Shown one piece after another: positions 17,591-26,654 of a stretch of DNA of 57,677 bases (position 1 is the stretch's first letter; every line of letters begins with the position of its first letter). Origin of the DNA: an uncultured Oscillospiraceae bacterium (GTDB lineage: Bacteria; Bacillota; Clostridia; Oscillospirales; CAG-382); NCBI GenBank assembly GCA_964614955.1, contig CAZTNR010000002.1, positions 1 through 57,677 on the forward strand, read 5' to 3'. The translations under genes and the position numbers were made by a program. The notes under the pieces were generated by a model. That model did no database searches, was not told where the DNA came from, and was given only the letters and a program-made list of their open reading frames with translations.

Positions 17591-20500
17591 ATGAAAAAGT
17601 TTTTAAGCATTTTGCTTGCTGTTATGATGGTTCTCTCTACAGTAAGCTTTGCGGCTCCCTCAATCGCAGGTTCTACTGAAACAGCTGTTGAAGCTCCTGT
17701 GGTTGAAGCTCTTGCAGAAGAAGCTGCAGACCTTGCAGCTGATGCAGTAATAGACGAATTCGGTACACTTCTTGCAGAAGTTAACTTTAACTCCGCGGCA
17801 CTTGGCGAAATTGATTTCGGCTCCGGCCTTCTCATTTCTGCTCTCGGCGGATCTTCGGATATCACAACTGCAAAATTATGTAACGGCTCCGGTAATAGTT
17901 ACCCTGCAATGGGTGCTGTAATCAAGGAAAGAGCAACAGGCGATAAGTACCTCGAGGTTACAACTAACGCTTCTGCTGCTTATAACCTTCTTCAGCTCTA
18001 TACAGGTGCAAGCAGCACTTACTTCACAACTGAAGACGGCTATCTTACAGTAACATTTGATGTAAACTACGGCACTTCCGCTGCGACCGGCAAGTACCAC
18101 GATGTTGTTTACAACAGAAGCCAGCTGGCTGAAGCAAAGGATCAGTCCCTTCTCACACTCGCTGAAGAAAACGGCGGCTGGGGCAAGGTTATTTCTTCCT
18201 TTGACGAAGAAATCGGTCTTTCCGGTAACGGCGGTAACTCCGAAACAATGGTTCCCAACGAAGTAAACTACATCAAGCTTCACAGTGCTTCCGGCGTAGC
18301 AGCAGGCGAAACATACGGCATCGATAACATCCGCGTTTACTACAGACCCAAGACCGTTGATGTAACTATCTACGTTGACGGTACAAACGATGTAGTTATC
18401 AATGACTACGACACACTCGGTATGGAATTAGATGAGCTCGCAGCTTTGCTTCCCGAAGTGGAAGGCAAGGCTCTCGCTGGCTTCTCACTTGAAGAAGGCG
18501 GCGAACCTATGGCAACAACAAAGTTTGCAAGCGACTGCACGGTTTACCCCGTATACGAAGAAAGAGTTGCTCTTAACGGCTCACTTGAATTTACAAGTGA
18601 TTCTGACCTTAATAAGATTACTAACAGAAACGGCAAGGCTGCATTTTCCCATGACGCAGATAACGGCTATCTTCATGTCGAGTTCAGTGGCTCTGATACC
18701 GGCTTTAACTGGAAATCTGTAAATATCCCCGCAGATGTTTTGACGGACATCGAATTTAAGATCAGATATTACGGTATTACCAAGACAACGAATGTTAACC
18801 AGCCCGAAATTTACTACACAACAGGTGGTACTTTCATACACGGTACATCTTACAAAATTGACCTTACAAATTATAATGACGGCGATTGGCTTACATTCCA
18901 CTTTACGGCAGCTGAACTCGGTATTACAGACCTTACAACCTTCCGCCTTGACTTCTATGATAATATGACCTCGGGCAGTGCTGATATTGACTACATCCGT
19001 TTCATCGGTAGACCCGTTAGAGTAACAGTTGACAACGGTGATAACGCTACAGCTCCCGAAGTTGTTATGGATATCACTTCTTCCACAACAGTAGCAGAAG
19101 TTGAAGCTAAGTACGCTAAAGACCACGGCGATATGAAGTTCCTCGGTCTTTCCAGAACAGCAGGCGGCGAAGTTCTCGCTGACACTGAGCTCGTTTCTGC
19201 TGACGGCACATCCACAACACTCTACGCAGTTTGGGACGATTATGAATACCTCACAAGATACTCTCTTGACTTCGATGAAGAAACAGACGTTACAAAGAAG
19301 ATAAGCATCAATCAGAACAACGACGGTGTTGACGGCAACTCCACATACGGCACAACATACTTCTGGAACGAAGAAGGCGGCTACCTCACACTTAAGGCAG
19401 TTGCAGCTGACGGCTACACAGCTACTTGGGACCACCAGGTATATGTTAATACCTTCAGCTCGGATACTGCACTTCCCGCAGGTGTTGTTTCCGAAATTGC
19501 TGTAAGAATGAGATACAGAAACATTCCTTCTGCAAAGACAACATACACAATTTCCGGCAAAAGTGATATAGCATTCGACCCTGCAAACAATAATGCATAC
19601 GTTCACATTGATAAGTACGGTGCAACAGCTTTTGGTAAGCAGCTTCAGTCCACGAACCGTACCGAAAAGAACCTTGTTGACGGTGAATGGTTCACTCGTT
19701 ACCTCGATGCTGAAACATACTTCGCAGGCGGTCTTTCTTATGTAAGATTCGATACAGCATATCCCCTGCCCGACGGCGCTGAAGTTGATATCGACTACAT
19801 CAGATTCGTTGGCGATAACAAAGACGAAAACATCCCCGGCGCTGAATTCCTCGGCGAATACGGCGAACAAGTATTTACAGTAAACTTTGACAGTGCTGCT
19901 GCAGGTACTCTTACATCCGGTTCAACAATTGAGGCTATCGGCGGAGAAACAAACGGCTGGATTTCTAAGGCTGAAGCTTCTGAAATCAAGTTTGGATTCG
20001 GTGCAAATGGCGGCAAGACAGCTCCTACAGGTGTTATCGAAAGCACAGGTACAAATCAGTACTTCACATACACCCTCAATGATGCAGGCTCTTATAACTA
20101 TTTCTTCTTCAGATCTTATGCTTCAGGTTTACAGTATGTAGACCAGGATGGTTACTTTATTGCAACATTTGATTATAAGACAAGTGCTGATAAAGCTTTC
20201 ACATTCAGATTCAACAGACAGGACCAGATCGAAGATCCTGCTGAAAATATTCAGGTAATCGATAACGGCGAATGGAAGACAGCTGTTGTTTACTACGATA
20301 ATGAAATCGGTTCTGCCGTAAGAAGCACAACAACAAGTATTGCTTCCACAGATGAAATCAACATTGTTAAGTGGCATCCTACAGGCGACGGTGCTGCAGC
20401 AGGCACAACAGTTTCTATTGATAACTTCACGCTTTGGTTTGTTCCCAAGACAACCACAGTTACTGTTAACCTTGCAAAGTACGGTGTTGCTGACGCTGTA

Positions 20501-22444
20501 ATCGAGGATTATCCTACAATCGGTATGACAAAGGAACAGCTCACACGTGCTCTTCCTGCAGTTCCCGACAGAGAAATCACAGGTCTTTCTCTTACAGACG
20601 GCGGCGAAGCTCTCTACCAGAACAGAATTGCAACAGAAGCAACGGTATACCCCGTATACGATAAGGTAAAGCTTCTCGATCAGACACTTGAATTCAACAG
20701 CTCTGCAGATTATGATAGAATTGCTGCAATCAACGGTTTCAGAGTTGGTCAGAACAACGTAAAGACTAAAGTTGCCGAACAGTTTGTAATTACAAGCGAT
20801 GATACAGCAGGCTACATCTCTATGGAAAATGAATCTGCTGAAGGCGAAGGCGGTGCAGTAATTGACTACGGCTTTGTCGTTACAACTACTCCTTTCTCCA
20901 AGGAAGAAGTTAAGGAAATCGTTATAAGACTCAGACTTAATAACATTCCTGAAGCTACAGCAAAATATACCTGCGGTACTCACTGTACTACCGGAAGTCA
21001 TACATTTGATCCTACAAATGCATGCTATATGGAGCTTGTATGGTGGGATGCAGATTCTGCTGAATTAAAGCAGAACTATGTATATGCAAACCTTGTTGAG
21101 CTTGAAGGCGACTGGTTTACATATTCTATCCCCGCGGAAAGCTTCCCCTACGATAATGTTAAGCAGTTCAGATTTGACCCCTTCGGCGACGTAGCTCCTA
21201 ACGGTACGGTTTGTGAAGTTGACTACATCCGCTTCTACGGCTATCCCGATCCCGACAACGAAGCTCTCGCATACAGTGCAGAATTCAATGAAAACGCAAA
21301 CGGCGTGAGCCTTAATGCTTGGATGAAGGAAGACGGCACATATATGTTCGATGACGGCGTAAACGGCGATAGGGGCCCCGGTATCGGTTCTAAGTACCTC
21401 ACAGACGGTGCTGACGGCTACATCACTTGGAACGCAGACGGTTATGTAACTCTTAACTTCGACGCAAACGATGAAATAAAGGCAGCTGCAGCAGAGGCAG
21501 GCTACACAGCAGCAGTTTACGACCCCTCTATCTACGTTTCCGCACTTGATAAGGCTAAGTACATTCCTGCCGGCTCATTTGAAGAACTCGTTATCAGAAT
21601 GAGAATCAGAGGTCTTCCCACAGACGGTACAACAGTTTACGGTCAGAACTACGGCGGTCTTAACTCCGTAGAATTCTCAATGTCCAAGTACCCTGTATAC
21701 TTCCACTGGATGAACAGCAGAGATGCTATTAAGTATGACGGCGTACAGTCTAAGTACTTTGACGACACTTGCACATTTATCGAAGGCTCCTATGTAGCTG
21801 ACGAATGGTTCACAGTTTCCATTCCCGCATCCTTCTTTGATGCAGATGTTGAAGACCTTGCAACTCTCAGAATCAACCTTCCCGACTGGACTCCCGACGG
21901 AACAAAGATTGATATCGACTACATCAGATTTATGGGTCAGCCCGCAGAGGTTGATGCTCCTGCATCTGTTGAAGACGCTACAGATATCAGAATTGTAGAA
22001 GGTAAGGAAAACGGTCTCAGATTCAAGGCTACAGTTACCTCTGCTACAGATACAACAGCTGCAGCCCTTGGTTTCGTAGTAGTTTCCTACGACAAGTTTA
22101 TGGCTGATAACAATTCTTACGACGCTCTTGCAGTTGATACAGAAGGTGCAAAGGTTGGTTATAAGAGACTTGATGGCGAAGATTTAGTTAACTACTTCAA
22201 CACCGATGATGACGAAGCTCTCGAAATGGCAGCAGTTCTTTACGGTATTCCCGAAGCAAACTTCGAAAGCTACGTACTCGTAAGACCCTTCGCATTCGTT
22301 GATGGCGCTTACTACTACGGTACAGCATTCTCCACAAGCCTCTATATTGAAGCTTGCGAAATCGCTGATTCCGATGCTTATGATCTCTTAGATGAAGATC
22401 AGCAGGCATACATCGACTACGTTCTCAACACAGTTGAACTCTGA
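17591..22444 (+). CDS. Giant secreted modular surface protein 2, N-terminal gene (1617 aa), ending at TGA 22442
   Basis: RBS AAAGGAG and signal peptide MKKFLSILLAVMMVLSTVSFA. Four modules end ADIDYIRFIG / VDIDYIRFVG / CEVDYIRFYG / IDIDYIRFMG. Also three Flg_new-like repeats and a GIRF-type domain (21976-22350). It ends at the position homologous to the natural C-terminus of the 45757 protein. Confidence 0.9.
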   Translation: MKKFLSILLAVMMVLSTVSFAAPSIAGSTETAVEAPVVEALAEEAADLAADAVIDEFGTLLAEVNFNSAALGEIDFGSGLLISALGGSSDITTAKLCNGSGNSYPAMGAVIKERATGDKYLEVTTNASAAYNLLQLYTGASSTYFTTEDGYLTVTFDVNYGTSAATGKYHDVVYNRSQLAEAKDQSLLTLAEENGGWGKVISSFDEEIGLSGNGGNSETMVPNEVNYIKLHSASGVAAGETYGIDNIRVYYRPKTVDVTIYVDGTNDVVINDYDTLGMELDELAALLPEVEGKALAGFSLEEGGEPMATTKFASDCTVYPVYEERVALNGSLEFTSDSDLNKITNRNGKAAFSHDADNGYLHVEFSGSDTGFNWKSVNIPADVLTDIEFKIRYYGITKTTNVNQPEIYYTTGGTFIHGTSYKIDLTNYNDGDWLTFHFTAAELGITDLTTFRLDFYDNMTSGSADIDYIRFIGRPVRVTVDNGDNATAPEVVMDITSSTTVAEVEAKYAKDHGDMKFLGLSRTAGGEVLADTELVSADGTSTTLYAVWDDYEYLTRYSLDFDEETDVTKKISINQNNDGVDGNSTYGTTYFWNEEGGYLTLKAVAADGYTATWDHQVYVNTFSSDTALPAGVVSEIAVRMRYRNIPSAKTTYTISGKSDIAFDPANNNAYVHIDKYGATAFGKQLQSTNRTEKNLVDGEWFTRYLDAETYFAGGLSYVRFDTAYPLPDGAEVDIDYIRFVGDNKDENIPGAEFLGEYGEQVFTVNFDSAAAGTLTSGSTIEAIGGETNGWISKAEASEIKFGFGANGGKTAPTGVIESTGTNQYFTYTLNDAGSYNYFFFRSYASGLQYVDQDGYFIATFDYKTSADKAFTFRFNRQDQIEDPAENIQVIDNGEWKTAVVYYDNEIGSAVRSTTTSIASTDEINIVKWHPTGDGAAAGTTVSIDNFTLWFVPKTTTVTVNLAKYGVADAVIEDYPTIGMTKEQLTRALPAVPDREITGLSLTDGGEALYQNRIATEATVYPVYDKVKLLDQTLEFNSSADYDRIAAINGFRVGQNNVKTKVAEQFVITSDDTAGYISMENESAEGEGGAVIDYGFVVTTTPFSKEEVKEIVIRLRLNNIPEATAKYTCGTHCTTGSHTFDPTNACYMELVWWDADSAELKQNYVYANLVELEGDWFTYSIPAESFPYDNVKQFRFDPFGDVAPNGTVCEVDYIRFYGYPDPDNEALAYSAEFNENANGVSLNAWMKEDGTYMFDDGVNGDRGPGIGSKYLTDGADGYITWNADGYVTLNFDANDEIKAAAAEAGYTAAVYDPSIYVSALDKAKYIPAGSFEELVIRMRIRGLPTDGTTVYGQNYGGLNSVEFSMSKYPVYFHWMNSRDAIKYDGVQSKYFDDTCTFIEGSYVADEWFTVSIPASFFDADVEDLATLRINLPDWTPDGTKIDIDYIRFMGQPAEVDAPASVEDATDIRIVEGKENGLRFKATVTSATDTTAAALGFVVVSYDKFMADNNSYDALAVDTEGAKVGYKRLDGEDLVNYFNTDDDEALEMAAVLYGIPEANFESYVLVRPFAFVDGAYYYGTAFSTSLYIEACEIADSDAYDLLDEDQQAYIDYVLNTVEL

Positions 22445-22477
22445 AGGGAACGCCTCGACGAGGAGCTTGTCACTCTT

Positions 22478-24640
22478 ATGAGTGAACCTGCTTCCGTTGC
22501 GGAAAGCATAATTATTCCCACAAACCTAAAGCCCGTTGAATATAAGTATGTTTACGGTGATCTTACTCCCCATATATATGCTTTTGTAGACGGCACAGCA
22601 AAGTACATTCCCGTTGATAGATACGCAAGTCTTAACGGCACTCTTTCCGTCCTCTCGCAGGACGGAAAGGCTGTCAATAGTCTTTTCGACGAAAAGCTTT
22701 GCGTTTATGCAATTGATAAGTACGGAATTTATCATATAAGAGGTCTTAGCTCTGCAATTGATATGGACGGCGAATATGTCGGCTTGTCGCAGGACGGTGC
22801 TTCTCTTTACAGCGGAACCGATGAAAGCATTATGATTATAAATGAAGATGCTTACTTTGCTTCTAATGTTCAGAGAATTGACGGTGAGAATAACGAGGAT
22901 TCAATTTTCCTCGGAAGCCGTGAAGATACTACGTATGAAAGCGTATTTCCCACCGACCTTACAAAGGTAATAGTGAGAACCTACTTCACTGAATCCGATA
23001 CTTATGAATGGGCAACCTATGACTATGATGCTCTTATGCTTATGGGGCTTGCAAATGAGGGTACATATAATCTCGGTCATAATATCCCGACAGAGTCTCT
23101 TTCCTATGTTCTTTCAAATAAGAAGGACAGCACAGAGAATGAGTATCTTGTTGCGGCATATATTACAAATACGTATGTTGATGACTGCGAGTATGATATT
23201 GATGAATTCACAAGCGACAATTGCATCATAAGACAGGCAGAAACAACATTTGAAGACGGCAATGTTACTCTCGAAGCAACAGGCACCGATATTTCAATCG
23301 GTCTTACTGACCTAAGTCTCGATACATCCTTGTACAACAGAGTGAGAATACGTCTTAAGTACACAGGCGAATTCGCGGAGAACGAAAGATTCCAGCTCTT
23401 CTTCATGAGAACACAGGATAGTGCTTTTACCGAAGCGCGAACCCAAAATGGCAGATTTGAAGCTTACTGTGTTCCCGACGGGGAAGGGTGGTACATTTTC
23501 GACCTTGACCTTTCAAATGCTTCGAAATGGAACGGAACAATCAAGGAAATCCGTTTTGACCCCGTAAATGACTATGGTACATTTACATTTGATTATATCA
23601 AGTTTATCAGAAACGGTAAATATGAGAAGTTAAGTGACAGTGAGCTTGAAGCTCTTTACACTCCTACATCTCTTCTTTATGATAACGACTTCGTAAACGG
23701 CTTTGACGTGCGTCCTATAGTTAACAACTATAATCCCGAGGGTTATTTTGAATATACAGGCTCGGGTGATGAAACTAACAACCTTTGGGCAATCTGCCCT
23801 TGGTGGACTCACGACGGTGACGGACTCAGTCCCTCAAACTACGCGGCAACAAGCCTTATTCATAACCGTGCAGAAACGGATGAATATACCATTGCTGACG
23901 CAAAGGGCTCGAAGGTAATTACATACCATCCCGATGATAAGTCGCTTACAATGACGCTCAACGCCTCCAGGATTTATGACGGCACGCCTCATATCAAGGA
24001 TGATGCGACAACTACAGACGTTGATGAATCAAACCGTAAGTGGTGGCCTCATCTTCTTATCGAACAGGATCCATCAATCTGTCCGGTTGATACAGAAGTT
24101 CATTCTGCCGATGCAGAAAGAATTATGTGCGAGCTTGATATCAGAATGACCGAGTATACGCCTACAACCAACGAAGAAGGCACAAATGCCTGCCAGTTCC
24201 TCGTGTATTTCTACCTCTTCCATAAGGATGATGTAAAGAGAAGTCAGAGAATCTGGTTCGGTGCTTGTCTTTATGATAACAGAGGCGGTGTCGTATACGT
24301 TCCGACCTGGAACCGTGACTCTGCGGCAAATCAGATGATTTACTGTATTCCTCAGGAAACGGTTTATGAGGGACTTGAAAATTCCTATATCAGACATCAG
24401 GTTGTTGACAATACGTCTGTGTTTAATACCGTAACCGATGATGAATGGAAAACTATCAGACTTGATTTGACTTCCCATATTGACAGGGTAGTTGAATGGA
24501 TGAACAGAGACAACGCATTCGGAAAAGAAGTGTCAAAAGAGGATTTGTACTTCGGCGGCGTAAATCTCGGCTTCGAAACACACGGCAATATCGACTGTAC
24601 ATTTGAAATAAGAAACTTTGATCTTGTTTCATATAACTGA
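22478..24640 (+). CDS. C-terminal portion of the giant protein 2 family (720 aa), same frame as 17591-22444, no signal peptide
   Basis: Colinear with residues downstream of the GIRF domain in giant protein 1 (ESIIIPTN vs ENLIIPTN). It has one module ending FTFDYIKFIRN and the conserved C-terminal domain (KWWPHLLIEQ ... GVNLGFETHGNIDCTFEIRNFDLVSYN). Only a GAGGAG 12 nt upstream could serve as an RBS. Confidence 0.8.
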   Translation: MSEPASVAESIIIPTNLKPVEYKYVYGDLTPHIYAFVDGTAKYIPVDRYASLNGTLSVLSQDGKAVNSLFDEKLCVYAIDKYGIYHIRGLSSAIDMDGEYVGLSQDGASLYSGTDESIMIINEDAYFASNVQRIDGENNEDSIFLGSREDTTYESVFPTDLTKVIVRTYFTESDTYEWATYDYDALMLMGLANEGTYNLGHNIPTESLSYVLSNKKDSTENEYLVAAYITNTYVDDCEYDIDEFTSDNCIIRQAETTFEDGNVTLEATGTDISIGLTDLSLDTSLYNRVRIRLKYTGEFAENERFQLFFMRTQDSAFTEARTQNGRFEAYCVPDGEGWYIFDLDLSNASKWNGTIKEIRFDPVNDYGTFTFDYIKFIRNGKYEKLSDSELEALYTPTSLLYDNDFVNGFDVRPIVNNYNPEGYFEYTGSGDETNNLWAICPWWTHDGDGLSPSNYAATSLIHNRAETDEYTIADAKGSKVITYHPDDKSLTMTLNASRIYDGTPHIKDDATTTDVDESNRKWWPHLLIEQDPSICPVDTEVHSADAERIMCELDIRMTEYTPTTNEEGTNACQFLVYFYLFHKDDVKRSQRIWFGACLYDNRGGVVYVPTWNRDSAANQMIYCIPQETVYEGLENSYIRHQVVDNTSVFNTVTDDEWKTIRLDLTSHIDRVVEWMNRDNAFGKEVSKEDLYFGGVNLGFETHGNIDCTFEIRNFDLVSYN

Positions 24641-24651
24641 AAAAACAATTG

Positions 24652-24678
24652 AATCCCTCGGTTTTCGGGGGATTTATT
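24652..24678 (+). terminator. Intrinsic terminator after 22478-24640
   Basis: AATCCCTCG-gtttt-CGGGGGATT, a 9-bp stem with one G-U pair, followed by TTATT. Confidence 0.6.
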
Positions 24679-24704
24679 GCACATTTGTATTTGCTTGTTA
24701 CAAT
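24677..24704 (+). promoter_or_regulatory. Candidate promoter of SLH paralogue A
   Basis: TTGCAC (24677-24682), a 16-nt spacer, then TACAAT (24699-24704), ~40 nt upstream of ATG 24745. Confidence 0.4.
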
Positions 24705-24744
24705 ACATTTGGTGCATAATTATATAAGAAAGGAAGTTTTTTGT

Positions 24745-26436
24745 ATGAAAAAATTCTTATCAGTACTTCTTGCAGCACTTATGCTTGCTACAGGTACATT
24801 CGCGGCATTCGAAAAGGTTAATACATATGACAATAACTTTTCCGATGTCAAGGACACTAACTGGTTTGCAAAGGATGTAAAGTCTGCTTACGAACTCGGC
24901 TTTATGAACGGTAAGGCAGAAGGTCTTTTCGATCCTAACGGTAACGTAACAGTTGCTGAAGGTATTACAATGGCAGCAAGAGTTCACGCTATTTATAACG
25001 GCAATGAAATCACAAAGGCTGAAAAGCCTGTTGTAGCTGCCGGTGACGAAATCCGTTTTGATTTCGACACACTTGACGGTCACAGACTCAACCACGCAGT
25101 GGGTGATGTTGAAGACGGCGTTCTTGTAATGCAGCCCGATGCTCCCAATGCTTCCAACTTGTTTGACCTCGGCGTATTTATGGATGATCTTTCCATTGAT
25201 GCTTCTGTTTATAAGACAATGACTGTAAGAATGAAGAGAGACGAGCTTCCCAATATTGTTGAAAGCAGAAATGAAGCATTTGAAATCTTCTTTGGTTCTG
25301 AAGCTAACTCCACACTCGGTGCTGAAGGTAACTTCTTGTATTCAAAAATTGCAGAGCCCGAAAAGCTTTCCGACTGGAATGAATATACATTCGATATGTC
25401 TTCGGCAGCAGGTTGGACAGGCACTATTGTTCAGATTCGTTTCGACCCCACAAATAATAACGGTAAGTACTACATTGACTCTATCGTGCTCACGGCAGGT
25501 TCAGCTCCCGTAGTTGAAGAACCCAAGGCTGAAAAGTGGTATGATATGTATGTTGACTACGCTGTAGCTAACGGCATTATAACAAAGACAACCTTCGGCA
25601 GCTACGATAAGAATATCTCAAGAGCAGACCTTGCTCACCTCTTTGCAGCATCACTTCCCGAAAGCTACTTTGGTGCTATCAACGATATCAAGGGTATTCC
25701 CGATGTTGATAAGAATGATAAGTATGCAAAGGAGCTTCTTATGCTCTATAATGCAGGTGTAGTTCTCGGTGATGCAGAAGGTAACTTCAACCCTGCATCC
25801 GATATTAAGAGATCTGAAGTTGCAGCTATTATCAACAGAGTTGCTCTTCCCGAATCCAGAGTAAAGGGTACAGTTAATGCTGTATGGGAAGAAGAAAAGC
25901 CTGTTACTCCTGTAACTCCCGAGGTTCCCAAGGCAGATGAAAATGAAACTGAAAAGGAACACGTTGCAACTCCTTTTGATGTTGAATTCAATGACCCTGC
26001 GGATCTTGATAAGTTTGCTCCCGGTGAAGTTGATTCTGCTGAAATTATTGACGGCGCACTTGTAATGGTTGCAAGAGACAGAGGTGCTGATCGTCAGCCT
26101 CAGTACGACCCCAGACTTGTTATGAAGAATGTTGAAATTGATGCTGATACATACAAGACAATCAAAATCAGACTCAAGGCTGAATTCATCGGTGAAATTA
26201 CTAACGGATATTCTACAGATATTTACTTTATGACAGCTGAAGATGATAACTTCTCCGAAGAAAGATCACTTCATCCCAACCTCCTCTCTGTTTCAAAGCT
26301 TGATGATGAAGGCTGGTATCTTGTAGAGATCGACCTTACTGCTAAGGATAACTGGAGGGGCAAGGTTGTTGCATTCCGTTTCGACCCCTCTAACAACAAC
26401 GGAAAGTTCTCATTTGATTACATCAGATTTGAATAA
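24745..26436 (+). CDS. SLH-anchored surface protein, paralogue A (563 aa); lacks the conserved C-terminal domain
   Basis: RBS AAAGGAAG before ATG 24745; the track ORF starts at an upstream alternative codon. Domain order: signal peptide MKKFLSVLLAALMLATGTFA; SLH1 (FSDVKDTNWFAKDVKSAYELGFMNGKAEGLFDPNGNVTVAEG); module ending NNGKYYIDSIVL; SLH2-SLH3; module ending FRFDPSNNNGKFSFDYIRFE, then the stop. Confidence 0.9.
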   Translation: MKKFLSVLLAALMLATGTFAAFEKVNTYDNNFSDVKDTNWFAKDVKSAYELGFMNGKAEGLFDPNGNVTVAEGITMAARVHAIYNGNEITKAEKPVVAAGDEIRFDFDTLDGHRLNHAVGDVEDGVLVMQPDAPNASNLFDLGVFMDDLSIDASVYKTMTVRMKRDELPNIVESRNEAFEIFFGSEANSTLGAEGNFLYSKIAEPEKLSDWNEYTFDMSSAAGWTGTIVQIRFDPTNNNGKYYIDSIVLTAGSAPVVEEPKAEKWYDMYVDYAVANGIITKTTFGSYDKNISRADLAHLFAASLPESYFGAINDIKGIPDVDKNDKYAKELLMLYNAGVVLGDAEGNFNPASDIKRSEVAAIINRVALPESRVKGTVNAVWEEEKPVTPVTPEVPKADENETEKEHVATPFDVEFNDPADLDKFAPGEVDSAEIIDGALVMVARDRGADRQPQYDPRLVMKNVEIDADTYKTIKIRLKAEFIGEITNGYSTDIYFMTAEDDNFSEERSLHPNLLSVSKLDDEGWYLVEIDLTAKDNWRGKVVAFRFDPSNNNGKFSFDYIRFE

Positions 26437-26451
26437 TAATTTGAAAATGAT

Positions 26452-26479
26452 AAAAGGTTGACTTCGGTCAACCTTTTTT
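26452..26479 (+). terminator. Intrinsic terminator after paralogue A
   Basis: AAAAGGTTGAC-ttcg-GTCAACCTTTTTT: a perfect stem with a UUCG tetraloop, an A-run and a T-run. Confidence 0.9.
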
Positions 26480-26654
26480 GACGGAATTTATGATAAATTC
26501 TCGGGCTGAATGCTGGCTTTGCTGTCAAAATGATAAATAGTCGGGAATAAATGATAAATCAATTCGTTGTTTAAGTGTTGCTTTTTGTTATAGTTTGTGT
26601 TATCATTAATTTGTGAGTGGTTGTAATTAACAACCGTAAGAAAGGAGAAAATTT

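Noticed and set aside
18581-19870. 429-aa minus-strand ORF inside giant gene 2. Similar long antisense ORFs lie at 20129-21001 (290 aa), 31196-32380 (394 aa), 28098-28670, 37329-37976, 39744-40349 and 9024-9515.
   Set aside because: All lie fully antisense to ORFs with strong family homology, RBSs and signal peptides. Their products are Cys/Val/Phe/Asn-rich with no motifs, no RBS and no paralogue conservation of their own. Long stop-free antisense frames are an expected by-product of the sense-strand codon bias.
22442-22444. Selenocysteine or a reassigned TGA (code 4/25) at the giant-2 split
   Set aside because: No convincing SECIS-like hairpin follows the TGA; only a 3-5-bp palindrome is present. 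Trp is encoded by TGG throughout. ORFs of 2494 and 1693 codons contain no TGA, and other genes end at TGA (24640, 55062). The standard code is therefore in use.
26447-26575. The four ATGATAAAT motifs as starts of mini-ORFs (MIKG*, MINSRAECWLCCQNDK*, MINSRE*, MINQFVV*)
   Set aside because: None is preceded by an SD-like sequence. The downstream peptides are not conserved beyond the DNA motif itself. They are treated only as DNA repeats.
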